Assembly: GCA_031362565.1 (NCBI GenBank)
Contig: JANLSU010000096.1
Location: 1 to 31,834, forward strand
Reading direction: 5' to 3'
DNA from: a bacterium
GTDB lineage: Bacteria; Krumholzibacteriota; Krumholzibacteriia; G020349025
Length of the DNA stretch: 31,834 nucleotides
Part shown: one piece after another, positions 17,767 through 28,306 of the stretch
Layout of the letters: every line of letters starts with the position of its first letter
Numbering within the stretch: the first letter of the stretch is position 1
Notes under the pieces: model-generated
What the model was told of the DNA's origin: nothing
What the model saw: only the letters and a program-made list of their open reading frames with translations
The model's database searches: none
Made by a program: the position numbers and the translations under genes

Positions 17767-17907
17767 TCACCCATGGGTCGAGAGATCAAGCCCACAGGAC
17801 ACCCGAGTGGAGCCCAACGATGCGACGACGCTGGAAATGTCGCGCCCATCACGCAGCACTGCCATCGCGGTGTCATCGCAGGACGTTTCGATACCGAGTA
17901 CAAGCAC
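17767..17907 (-). pseudogene. tsaD: Truncated tsaD 5' fragment (direct repeat copy B, homology 17815-17926)
   Basis: GGAG RBS plus GTG at 17907 encodes MLVLGIETSCDDTAMAVLRDGRDISSVVASL, then 15 unrelated residues and a TGA. Confidence 0.88.
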
Positions 17908-18049
17908 GCGAAATCTCCGGCTGCGGAGGCCAAGGCCGGGGTGCCTTGCCGGTGGACAGGCGGTGGACAGACGGTGTCACTTCGAGAGGCAGCGCGCGAC
18001 GCCATCGCAGGTTGCATGGTGGCACGCCGCGCTCTGCAAGTCCTGTCCT

Positions 18050-18078
18050 AGCTTAGGAATAAGCGCCGGCCGGGTCAA
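18050..18078 (-). promoter_or_regulatory. Putative sigma70 promoter upstream of the tsaD fragment
   Basis: TTGACC (18078-18073), 17 nt, TAAGCT (18055-18050). Confidence 0.55.
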
Positions 18079-18274
18079 TGTGGGAGGTCCGGCATGTCCC
18101 CTGCGTGACGGAGACGACGCGGCCCGGTGCCTGCGGTGTTGCTCTGCAAGCTCGCAGCGCCCAGTCCCGGTCCGCGTTGTTCCCCACCGTCGCGTGCCGG
18201 CGGCAGAGTGCCCCCCAGCCCGGTGCGTCCGCGGCCGGCCGCGGCGCCTGCCGCCCCACGCTGCGGTTTGCGGC

Positions 18275-19297
18275 TCAGTTCAAACTTGGATCGGCGCCCG
18301 AGGATTGTTCGGCGGCCTTGGGCGGTGGTTCCTTGGCGGCGGGATCTTCGAAATGAAACTGCTCGAGTACCGACTGGGCTTCGTTGAGATCGGTTCCCAA
18401 GAACTCCGCGGCGTCTTCGAGGTCCAGCATGCCGCGCCCGAAGGCGCTCGCGACCAGATGGATGAAGCGCTCCGGAATCGGTTTGCTGTACACCAAGCGG
18501 GCTTCACGGTCGATCTGCTCCAGATCGATCTCGGGCAGGAGGCCGCCGTCCTTCGAAAGCAGGGTTGCGATGCCGGCGGCATCCGTCCAACCGAGTGACA
18601 AGAGCCGCCACAGCACGACTTCGTTGTCGACCGCGAAGTACACCTGGAGTTGTTGCACGAACTCGCGCGGGATCTCGTTGCCCAGTTCCAGGCCGATGGC
18701 CTTTTGGTAGGCCTCGACATCGACACGCGGCATCAAGAACGCCAGTGCGAACTGATGCGCGCGGACTTCGCGCATGTCTTCGACGAGGGCCGGATTCGGA
18801 TGCCCGCAGACGGTATGAATGTAGGGTTCGAAATCGGCGAGGAAATGGCCGTACTGGTGCGCGACGACATAGTCCCGCTGCGGGATGGTCAAAGCCGCAT
18901 CGTGAAAAATACAGGGCCCTAACTCCGCATCGAAGAAGAACCCGCCGCTGGCCGCAGTACCGACGGGAAAGCGGCACGGGACCACTTTGACGCCTTGCGC
19001 TTCGATGAGTTGGTCGATATCCAAGATCGGCCCGTTCGGTAACTTGAATCGGACCCGCTCGAGCCGCGCCAGGTCTTCGGCCTGCCCTAGGATGTCGCCC
19101 GAAATCGACAGGTTGAGCCCCAGCGCCGACGGTGAATACGCGACGCGCGTCCCGCCCGCCAGCATCTTTTCCAGGCGCGCGTAGCGCGTCACGAACGCCA
19201 CGAGTTCGCGCAGGAACTCGGGCGACAAGTGCGGCCCGGGCCCAGTGCGGGTGTGATCGCCGGCGATCAGCAGTTCGATGAGTGCGTCGTCCGTCAT
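18275..19297 (-). CDS. ImmA/IrrE-family (DUF955) metallo-endopeptidase-like protein with degenerate HExxH
   Basis: PILDIDQLIE..GVKV, SGGFF, QRDYVVAHQYGHFL, EVRAHQFALAFLMP, YFAV...WRL, C-terminal AAEFLG helix-turn-helix-like segment. Confidence 0.85.
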   Translation of the reverse strand: MTDDALIELLIAGDHTRTGPGPHLSPEFLRELVAFVTRYARLEKMLAGGTRVAYSPSALGLNLSISGDILGQAEDLARLERVRFKLPNGPILDIDQLIEAQGVKVVPCRFPVGTAASGGFFFDAELGPCIFHDAALTIPQRDYVVAHQYGHFLADFEPYIHTVCGHPNPALVEDMREVRAHQFALAFLMPRVDVEAYQKAIGLELGNEIPREFVQQLQVYFAVDNEVVLWRLLSLGWTDAAGIATLLSKDGGLLPEIDLEQIDREARLVYSKPIPERFIHLVASAFGRGMLDLEDAAEFLGTDLNEAQSVLEQFHFEDPAAKEPPPKAAEQSSGADPSLN

Positions 19298-19326
19298 GCC
19301 GGAATCTTACTCCAAATCGTGCCGAA

Positions 19327-20679
19327 TCAGGCTTGCTTGCGGCTGCCGGGTTTGACGGCGGTCGAACCGGCGGCGCACTGCGGGCAGGCACTCGCGGGCC
19401 AAGCTTCAACCGAAACTTGCAGCAACGCTTCGAGCGGCATGTCGAGCGTGTGATTCCCACCACTCCGGTCGATGATCGATCCGGCGGCAACGACCTCGGC
19501 GCCCAGCCCGCGTACGAGCGCGGTGCATTCCACGATGGAACCGCCGCGGGTGCACACGTCGTCCACGACGACGACCCGCGACCCAGGAGCGAGTGCAAAA
19601 CCGCGGCGCAACTGCAACGCGTTGGAGTCGTCGCGTTCGGCGAACAGGGCCCGAACTCCCAGTGCCGCCGCAACCTCTTGGCCGATGACCAGCCCGCCAA
19701 GCGCCACGCTGACGACGACATCGGGGGTGTAGGAACGCAGGCGTTCGCCGAGCCAGGTACCCGCATGGCGCGCGTACAGTGGATACTGCAGCAACTTCGC
19801 ACACTGCACGTAGCGGTCGCTGTGCAATCCGGAGGACAAGAGGAAGTGGCCTTCGAGAAGTGCTTCCGAGGTACGCAGCAGATGCTGCACACGCGACGCC
19901 ACGGTGGCGTCGGGCATGTCGCCGGCAGTGGCTCCGGCGCGGAGCGCAGCGGCGATGTCCGCCGCGATCGCATCGGCGGCGGCCGCCGGGTCCAGGACGC
20001 CGACAATGGGCCGGCCAATGACGAGCAAACTCGCGCCATCCCGAATCGCCTCACCCGGCGTCGCGACACGGGCTTGGTCGCCGGCATCCGCGCCTGCGGG
20101 GCGCACGCCGGGCGTCACGATCAGAAAATTGGCACCGCATGCCGCACGCACGCGCCGCGCCTCTTGCGGCGAGGCAATGACGCCATCCAAGCCACAGCTT
20201 TGGGCGAGGAGTGCCCGTTCGACGATTTCCTCCGGATCGGCGCCCGCTTGGCTCGTCAGCACCGTGACACCGAGCAAGAGCAGCCGTGACGCATTCGTCT
20301 GCCCCGCGGCCGTCGCACTGATCTCGTTGCGCGCCTGCACCGCAGCTTCCAGCATGGCCCGGCCGCCGCTCGTGTGCAGAGTCAGCCACTGCACGCCGAG
20401 CCGGGCGGCGGCGCGCACGGCGCCCGCCACCGTGTTCGGAATGTCGTGGTACTTGAGGTCGAGAAAAACCGGGATGCCGGCTTCGCTGAGGACGCGCACC
20501 GCCTCCGGTCCCGCCGCCGTGAACAACTCCTTGCCGATCTTGAGCGCGCCGACATGACCGCGCAGCCGGTCGACGAGGACCCGCGCCGCCGCGAGATCGG
20601 GCACGTCCACCGCGACGATGATGCGCTCACGCGCCGTTTCGAGTCTCGCCGTCGCCGGCTGTGAAGTGGTCGAAGTCAC
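19327..20679 (-). CDS. pyrF-pyrE: Fused orotidine-5'-phosphate decarboxylase / orotate phosphoribosyltransferase
   Basis: PyrF motifs IVAVD, FLDLKYHDIPNT, VTVLTS, VTPGVRP and VIGRPI, in frame with PyrE motifs EGHFLLSSGLHS and VVVVDDVCTRGGS. Confidence 0.95.
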   Translation of the reverse strand: MTSTTSQPATARLETARERIIVAVDVPDLAAARVLVDRLRGHVGALKIGKELFTAAGPEAVRVLSEAGIPVFLDLKYHDIPNTVAGAVRAAARLGVQWLTLHTSGGRAMLEAAVQARNEISATAAGQTNASRLLLLGVTVLTSQAGADPEEIVERALLAQSCGLDGVIASPQEARRVRAACGANFLIVTPGVRPAGADAGDQARVATPGEAIRDGASLLVIGRPIVGVLDPAAAADAIAADIAAALRAGATAGDMPDATVASRVQHLLRTSEALLEGHFLLSSGLHSDRYVQCAKLLQYPLYARHAGTWLGERLRSYTPDVVVSVALGGLVIGQEVAAALGVRALFAERDDSNALQLRRGFALAPGSRVVVVDDVCTRGGSIVECTALVRGLGAEVVAAGSIIDRSGGNHTLDMPLEALLQVSVEAWPASACPQCAAGSTAVKPGSRKQA

Positions 20680-21689
20680 GCCAAGCTCCCCTCGATCGCC
20701 AATGCATGTGGATGCCGGACACCTTTACGCTCGACGCAACTCCGGACCCCGTCCCGCACCTCGGCCAAGAGTGTCGGTCGCGAGTACAGAACGGTGCCGA
20801 GCTGAACTGCGACCGCGCCCGCCATGAAAAACTTGATCACGTCGTCCGGGCCCGCAATGCCGCCGACGGCGATGACCGGCACACGCGTCGCACGCGTGAT
20901 CTCCCAGACGCGGAGCAGCGCGATCGGGAAAATGGCCGGCCCGGAGAGTCCGGCGCGCTCGCGCGCGAACGTCGGTCTCGCCCGTTCTACATCGATGTCC
21001 ATCCCGGTGATGGTGTTGATGGCGACGACGGCGTCGGCGCCGCCCTGCTCGGCGCCGCGCGCCAGATTCGTGATGTCGGTGACGTTCGGTGTCAGTTTGA
21101 CCGCCACACAGCGGTTCGGCAGGCGGTCCTTGACGGCGCGCGTGATGCGCTCGACGGCCCGCGCTTCGGCCGCGTCGCGGTCACCGCCGTGATCGACATT
21201 CGGGCAGCCGAGATTGACTTCCACCGCCACGACCGACGGTTCGGCAGCCAGTGCGTCGGCAATGCGTTCGTACTCCTCGAGGACCGTCGCCGCCACGCTG
21301 ACGAACGCCGTGCCGCCCGCGGCCGACAATTCCGGTAGTTTCGTGCCCAGGTAGCGTTCCAGTCCGACATTCTGCAAGCCGATGGAGTTCAAGAGCCCCG
21401 ACGGGGTCTCGCGCAAGCGCGGCAGCGGATTGCCCGCCCGCGGCAAGAGCGTGATCGTCTTGGTGGCGATGGCACCCATTTCGTAGGGGCGGATGAATGC
21501 GGCATATTCGAGTCCGTAGCCGAAGCACCCGGATGCCGCGAAATACGGGTTGGCGAACGTCACCGGACCGATCTTGACGGGGAACTCCGCGAAGACACGC
21601 GCCGCCGTAGCGTGAGCACCGAAGCGTGCCACCGGGTCGAGCAATTCCGCGGTCCGTGTCGACGCGTTGGCAGTGCGTGCGTCAGACAT
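20676..21689 (-). CDS. pyrD: Dihydroorotate dehydrogenase family 1B, catalytic subunit
   Basis: NP...ASGCFG, TKT, GNPLPR, LNSIGLQNVG, EVNLGCPNV, VKLTPNVTDI, INT, GLSGPAI, GGI. Start at ATG 21689. Confidence 0.95.
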   Translation of the reverse strand: MSDARTANASTRTAELLDPVARFGAHATAARVFAEFPVKIGPVTFANPYFAASGCFGYGLEYAAFIRPYEMGAIATKTITLLPRAGNPLPRLRETPSGLLNSIGLQNVGLERYLGTKLPELSAAGGTAFVSVAATVLEEYERIADALAAEPSVVAVEVNLGCPNVDHGGDRDAAEARAVERITRAVKDRLPNRCVAVKLTPNVTDITNLARGAEQGGADAVVAINTITGMDIDVERARPTFARERAGLSGPAIFPIALLRVWEITRATRVPVIAVGGIAGPDDVIKFFMAGAVAVQLGTVLYSRPTLLAEVRDGVRSCVERKGVRHPHALAIEGSLA

Positions 21690-22527
21690 GCACGCCCCCC
21701 ATTTCGACGTCGAACACTTCATCGCTTGGGAATACCGGACCCTCGGTGCAGATCGGCACATACCCGCGTATCGATGGCGTGACGCAGCCCATGCAGACGC
21801 CAACGCCGCAAGCCATGACTTCTTCCAACGACGCCAGGACTTGCGCGACGCGCCCATGCAACGCGCGATGCAGCGCCAGCATCATGCCGTGCGAGCCGCA
21901 GGTCAGGACAAGAGTGCGTTCTGCTTCGCCGCCCGCGCGCTCGAGCTCGGCGCGCGCCAGGTCGACGCACGTGCCGCGAAAGCCCCGCGAGCCGTCGTCG
22001 GTGCTCGCCAGAACGGGACCGCGCAAGCCTTCCACCGCATCGAGTTCCACATCGTGCGCCGTCCGCCCGCCATAGAGGAGCGTGTACTGCGGTGGTCCCG
22101 GCTGGGCATCCAACTGCCGCGCCAAGAATTGCAGCGGCGCGACACCAAAGCCGCCGCCGACCAGCAGCAGACGCTTCGACGCAAGTGCCTGCGGGCTCGG
22201 AAAGCCATTTCCGAGCGGCGGGCTCACGTCCACCGTATCGCCCGGTGCAAGAGCCACGAGTTCGCGACTCGCCGGTCCAACGGGCTTCACCATGACACTG
22301 CGCCAGCCGTCGCCTTCGTCATGCACGCTCATCGGCCGGCGCACGAGATGCAACGAAGGCGACGCCAGAATTTGCACGAACTGCCCCGGCTTGGCCACCG
22401 GCGTCGCGCGCCGCGCCGCGGGGTCCGCATAGCGCAGCAGGTGTGATCCGCCCGAGAGCGTGACGTTGTCGACTAGGGTTGTGAGAATGGGTCCAGCACC
22501 TCCCGATGCGCATCCGGATCGTCCCAA
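21682..22527 (-). CDS. pyrK: Dihydroorotate dehydrogenase electron transfer subunit
   Basis: PGQFV, RRPMSV, PLGNGF, GGGFGVAP, TDDGSRG, MACGVGVCMGC...CTEGPVF (2Fe-2S). Start codon uncertain. Confidence 0.93.
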   Translation of the reverse strand: MGRSGCASGGAGPILTTLVDNVTLSGGSHLLRYADPAARRATPVAKPGQFVQILASPSLHLVRRPMSVHDEGDGWRSVMVKPVGPASRELVALAPGDTVDVSPPLGNGFPSPQALASKRLLLVGGGFGVAPLQFLARQLDAQPGPPQYTLLYGGRTAHDVELDAVEGLRGPVLASTDDGSRGFRGTCVDLARAELERAGGEAERTLVLTCGSHGMMLALHRALHGRVAQVLASLEEVMACGVGVCMGCVTPSIRGYVPICTEGPVFPSDEVFDVEMGGVHV

Positions 22528-24311
22528 TGATCCAAGAGATCCTGCGCCTCACGGGCCTGCGGCGTGTCCGCGAACTCGCGCACGATGCGTTCGTAGGCGG
22601 CGCGGGCGCGCGGCATGTCTTGCAGGCGGCGATCCTGAATCCAAGCGATCGCAAACGCGGCCCGCGGCCCCTGCAGGCTGCCCGCGAAGTCCGTCAGCAC
22701 GCGCTCGAATTCGCGGAGCGCCACGAGCGGTTGATCGAGTTCGAGAAGGTCCACTTCGGCGACCCGCAGTTGCTCACCCGCCAGCGCTTCGAAGTCCGCG
22801 GCCAGCGTCACCTGGGCGCCGACGGAATCGACCTTGGCAACGGCACCGGCAACGGTATCGGCGGCGGCGACCGCGGCGACCGCAACGCCGCTGTCGGATT
22901 GTGCTTCGCGCCAGCGGCGCAAGACCGCCTTGCTGCCGCGCAGCCGGTCGAGCGACCCGGTGCGCAACAAAATCGCGTTGGTCTTGCGCTTGGCGCGCGC
23001 CGATACCGAGGACTCGGGCTTTTCCTTCAACGCCGCGTCGTAATTCTCGCGCGCCTTGGCGAATTCGCCTTGCCGGCGGAAGATTTCGGCGGTTTCGTAG
23101 CGCGCCCGGGCGGAGATGTCCGTGTGCGGCTTGGTGCGCACGATCAGATCGAGATCGTCGATCGCCTCGTCGGGTTCACCGCGCAGTGCGCGCGTCACCG
23201 CCAGCTCGACGTCGTGCTCGGTTTCCAGGCCCAGCTTGGCGGCGGGCTTGCGCAGCGCGGTCAACTGCTTCCACACATCGTCGATGCTCTTCTCGGCATC
23301 CTCGAGTTGCTTCGCATCGTCCGCCGACAGCGCAACAGCGACAGTGTCGGCATCCGCCTCGGCGGTCGAGTCGGCGGCCGCGGTGTCGGCGATTGCGATG
23401 CGGGACAATTGGGCGTCCTCCGACCCGGGGTCCCCGGGTTCGCCTGGTTCCGACGGAGGGGCATTGGGCGGCGTGGGCACCGGTTCCTTCGGTTTGACCC
23501 GCTTCTTCGACGGCTTGCCCTTCTGGACCGCCTCGCGCTCGGCGGCCGCGATGCGCTCACGCTGCGCCCGCTGCAGGGCCGGATTCGACAGCACTTTTTC
23601 GGCCTGGGCGCGCAGTGCCAACGCCGAGTTCAGTTGCGCTTCGTACCGCACGTTCGGCTGCACGTCGCGCTCCAGGACCTCGGCGTACTCAGTCCGGGCC
23701 TCGTCGTAGTGCTGTTCGTCGTAGTAGGTGCGCGCGATCCGCAACTGCGCCTCGGACGCTAGCTCGCTCTTGGGATGTGCCACCATGAAGGCGCGCAGAT
23801 CCTGACGGGCCCGCTCGTAGTCCTTCGCGTCGAGCCGCGACTCCGCCTGGCGAAACACCGCCTCGACGTTCAGTTTGCTTTCGGGGAATTTCTCCGCGAG
23901 TTTCCCGAATGCTTGCGCGGCGCCGGCAGCATCGCCCTGCTTGAGCGCCGCGACCCCCATCCAGTAGAGAGCCTGTTCCACGTACGACGACTTCGGAAAG
24001 CGCTCGACCAAGTCCTCGAGCGAGGCCCGCGACTGGATGTATTCGGTGCGGTACAAACGCGACATGCCGATCAAGAACAATGCATCATCGATGTACTTGC
24101 TCTTGGGATAGTAACGCAGCAGCGACTGGCACTTCTCGATGCACTTCTGGTAACCGCCCTCACCGCCGCCATTGCCGGTCGGCGAGGCTTTGCGGTCCGT
24201 TTCGGCGCGCCGGAATTCGCTCTTGGCGTTGTAGAACGTATTGAAATACGCGCAGCCGCTGCCGGCAATCAGGACGGCGAGCACAAGGGCCAAACCGCGG
24301 CGCTGGTTCAT
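22473..24311 (-). CDS. TPR-repeat outer-membrane lipoprotein (BamD/SprE-like)
   Basis: ATG 24311 after GGAG; lipobox-like GSG-C followed by AYFNTFYNAK; repeated (Y/F)PxS...A TPR units; internal Pro/acidic low-complexity linker. Confidence 0.85.
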   Translation of the reverse strand: MNQRRGLALVLAVLIAGSGCAYFNTFYNAKSEFRRAETDRKASPTGNGGGEGGYQKCIEKCQSLLRYYPKSKYIDDALFLIGMSRLYRTEYIQSRASLEDLVERFPKSSYVEQALYWMGVAALKQGDAAGAAQAFGKLAEKFPESKLNVEAVFRQAESRLDAKDYERARQDLRAFMVAHPKSELASEAQLRIARTYYDEQHYDEARTEYAEVLERDVQPNVRYEAQLNSALALRAQAEKVLSNPALQRAQRERIAAAEREAVQKGKPSKKRVKPKEPVPTPPNAPPSEPGEPGDPGSEDAQLSRIAIADTAAADSTAEADADTVAVALSADDAKQLEDAEKSIDDVWKQLTALRKPAAKLGLETEHDVELAVTRALRGEPDEAIDDLDLIVRTKPHTDISARARYETAEIFRRQGEFAKARENYDAALKEKPESSVSARAKRKTNAILLRTGSLDRLRGSKAVLRRWREAQSDSGVAVAAVAAADTVAGAVAKVDSVGAQVTLAADFEALAGEQLRVAEVDLLELDQPLVALREFERVLTDFAGSLQGPRAAFAIAWIQDRRLQDMPRARAAYERIVREFADTPQAREAQDLLDHWDDPDAHREVLDPFSQP

Positions 24312-24329
24312 TCGACTCCGTTCCGGCAC

Positions 24330-25676
24330 TCAGGCCACCGTCGCTGCAGAACGCGTCTCGGCTTCGACACGGTGCACGAGGCGGCCGCGATGAATTGTTG
24401 CTGCGACCCGGCCGCGCAGCATCCGGCCCATGAAGGGCGTGTTGCGCGATTTCGAGCGCAGCACCTGCGGCCGCACTTGCCAGCGGGCTTCCAGGTCGAG
24501 AAGCACGAGGTGCGCGGGTGCACCGGCCTCGACCCGGCCGCCGGCCAAGCGAAACCGCTCCGCCGGTGCCAGGCTCATCCGCCGCACGAGTTCGAGGAGC
24601 GGCATGCGGCCGCTCGCAACGAGCTGGCCGTACGCCACCGCGAACGACGTCTCGAGCCCGATGACGCCGAATGGGGCGCGCTCAAATTCGAGGTCCTTTT
24701 CCATCTCGGCGTGCGGGGCGTGATCGGTAGCGATCATGTCGATCGTCCCATCGACGACCGCTTCGACAATCGCCTGCCGGTCCGCTTCGGTGCGGAGCGG
24801 CGGATTCATCTTGAGATTCGTGGAGTACCCGACAAGTTCCCGATCCGTCAGTTCGAGATAGTGCGGCGCGGTTTCGGCCGTGACGTCGATGCCCCACTGG
24901 TGCTTGGCGACGCGGATCAGGTCGAGGGACCCGCGCGTCGAGACGTGCGCGATGTGAATCGGCGCAGCGGTTTCGCGCGCCAGGATGAGGTCGCGCGCCA
25001 CGCCCAGTTCCTCGGACGCGGCCGGAATCCCCGGCACGCCGAGATGGGTCGACCAGTAGCCCTCGTGCATGTGGCCACCGGCGGACAAGGACTTGTCTTC
25101 CGAGTGCGCCGCCACGACCAGGCCGATCATTGCCGCGTGTTCCAGGGCGCGACGCATGAGTGCGGTGTCGACGACCGGACTGCCGTCGTCGGTGAGAGTG
25201 CTGACGCCCGCCTGGCCGAGGTCGTAGTACTCGGCGAGCTTTGCACCGGCACGCCCCATCGTCAGGGCGCCGGCGCAGTAGACATCGCAGAGGTCGATCT
25301 GGCGGCCGCGTTTCAGCGCCGATTCCACCGCACTGCCGCTATCGAACGGTGGTTCGGTGTTCGGCATCATGATGACGCCCGTGAAGCCACCCGCCACCGC
25401 CGAGCGGCAACCGGATTCGACGTCTTCCTTGTATTCGTGCCCCGGTTCGCGGAAGTGCACGTGCACGTCGATGAAACCGGGCGCGACGATTTGTCCTGCA
25501 AGATCGACGCGCGGCACCTCGGGGGCCGCCGCGACGGCCGCGCCATGGCGCACTTCGACAATGACGCCATCCCGTACCCAGATTTCGGCCACACCCTGAT
25601 ACCCGCTCGCTGGATCGACGAGCGTGCCGCCGGCAAGAACGTACTCGCGCGGCAACGAATCGAGGTCGATACGCAT
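24330..25676 (-). CDS. pyrC: Dihydroorotase
   Basis: PGFIDVHVHFREPG, AGGFT, MPNT, HIAHVST, PHY, KMNPPLR, ATDHAPH, APFGVIGLET, SKSRNTPF. ATG 25676 after AAGGAG. Confidence 0.97.
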   Translation of the reverse strand: MRIDLDSLPREYVLAGGTLVDPASGYQGVAEIWVRDGVIVEVRHGAAVAAAPEVPRVDLAGQIVAPGFIDVHVHFREPGHEYKEDVESGCRSAVAGGFTGVIMMPNTEPPFDSGSAVESALKRGRQIDLCDVYCAGALTMGRAGAKLAEYYDLGQAGVSTLTDDGSPVVDTALMRRALEHAAMIGLVVAAHSEDKSLSAGGHMHEGYWSTHLGVPGIPAASEELGVARDLILARETAAPIHIAHVSTRGSLDLIRVAKHQWGIDVTAETAPHYLELTDRELVGYSTNLKMNPPLRTEADRQAIVEAVVDGTIDMIATDHAPHAEMEKDLEFERAPFGVIGLETSFAVAYGQLVASGRMPLLELVRRMSLAPAERFRLAGGRVEAGAPAHLVLLDLEARWQVRPQVLRSKSRNTPFMGRMLRGRVAATIHRGRLVHRVEAETRSAATVA

Positions 25677-25693
25677 GTCTCTCCTTTGCGGCC

Positions 25694-27513
<1,820 letters not shown>

Positions 27514-27604
27514 TCAGACGAAGCTCTCGACCAGAACCGCCTCGGACCCCTCGAGAACCAAGAACGCGCCATCGTTGCTTCGGCCCGTCTATAGTTCCGG
27601 CGAT

Positions 27605-27994
27605 CTACCGGTAACCCGCTTTGGTCCTCGACCACGTTTTCGCCTGCGTCGCGACGTTCTGCGCGCTGAACACGTTGCCATTGAAGTTCCAGGTTATGCT
27701 CGGCCCGCTGTTATAGATCGCGATGAAGACGTCACCATTCGCCATGCCGAGCCAATAGTAACCCGCATTTACTGACTGCTGCCACGAAACAGGAACGCCA
27801 GGGGGCGCTTGTGCGATCTGTGTCCAACCAAAACCATCGGCGTCCTTCGTGAATACGCGACCGATTGAATCCATGGCGAGCCGCTGATCGCCAGCCACAG
27901 CAATCAGAGTCGGCGGGGTCGTTGTCGGCGCGCTGGCGAATGCCTGCGAAACGAGAATCGCGAGCGCTAACATTGCAATAATTCTTCGCAGCAC
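27605..27994 (-). CDS. Small secreted beta-rich protein with C-terminal TWSRTKAGYR tail
   Basis: GTG 27994 after GGAGGT; signal peptide ending AFA; ends VATQAKTWSRTKAGYR. Confidence 0.75.
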   Translation of the reverse strand: MLRRIIAMLALAILVSQAFASAPTTTPPTLIAVAGDQRLAMDSIGRVFTKDADGFGWTQIAQAPPGVPVSWQQSVNAGYYWLGMANGDVFIAIYNSGPSITWNFNGNVFSAQNVATQAKTWSRTKAGYR

Positions 27995-28306
27995 GGTGGA
28001 CCTCCGAGGTATCTGATCGTCTGGCAATTGACGGTCGGTCAAAGTTGGAATTGTACCTCTCGCCGGGAATGTTTTTGCAGCCCGCGGATTTTGACGAATT
28101 CCGCCGCTGCCACTACACTGCCTCTAGGTCCACAAGCCGACCGACGACCGCCTATTCTCGATAACTGGGGCATGCTCCCCGCGTAGACGACCCACGTAAA
28201 CAGGGCTTGCGAGGAAACTGGCTGACCATGGGACAATCGCTGAAAGCGATAACTCGATCCAACATCGCGCTGTCTTGGCGATTCTGGATCGGCTCCTGCG
28301 AGGTCT

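Larger units (their letters stand above)
10207..17814 (-). mobile_element. Putative genomic island of four secreted-protein genes inserted at the tsaD 5' end; no integrase
   Basis: Bounded by the duplicated tsaD 5' end. Visibly less GC-rich, with more A/T at third codon positions than the pyr and tsaD genes (judged by eye, not computed). Confidence 0.7.

Noticed and set aside
17950..17976. Short tandem CGGTGGACAG repeat near the island edge
   Set aside because: Only two copies of 10 bp in GC-rich DNA; could be chance or slippage.
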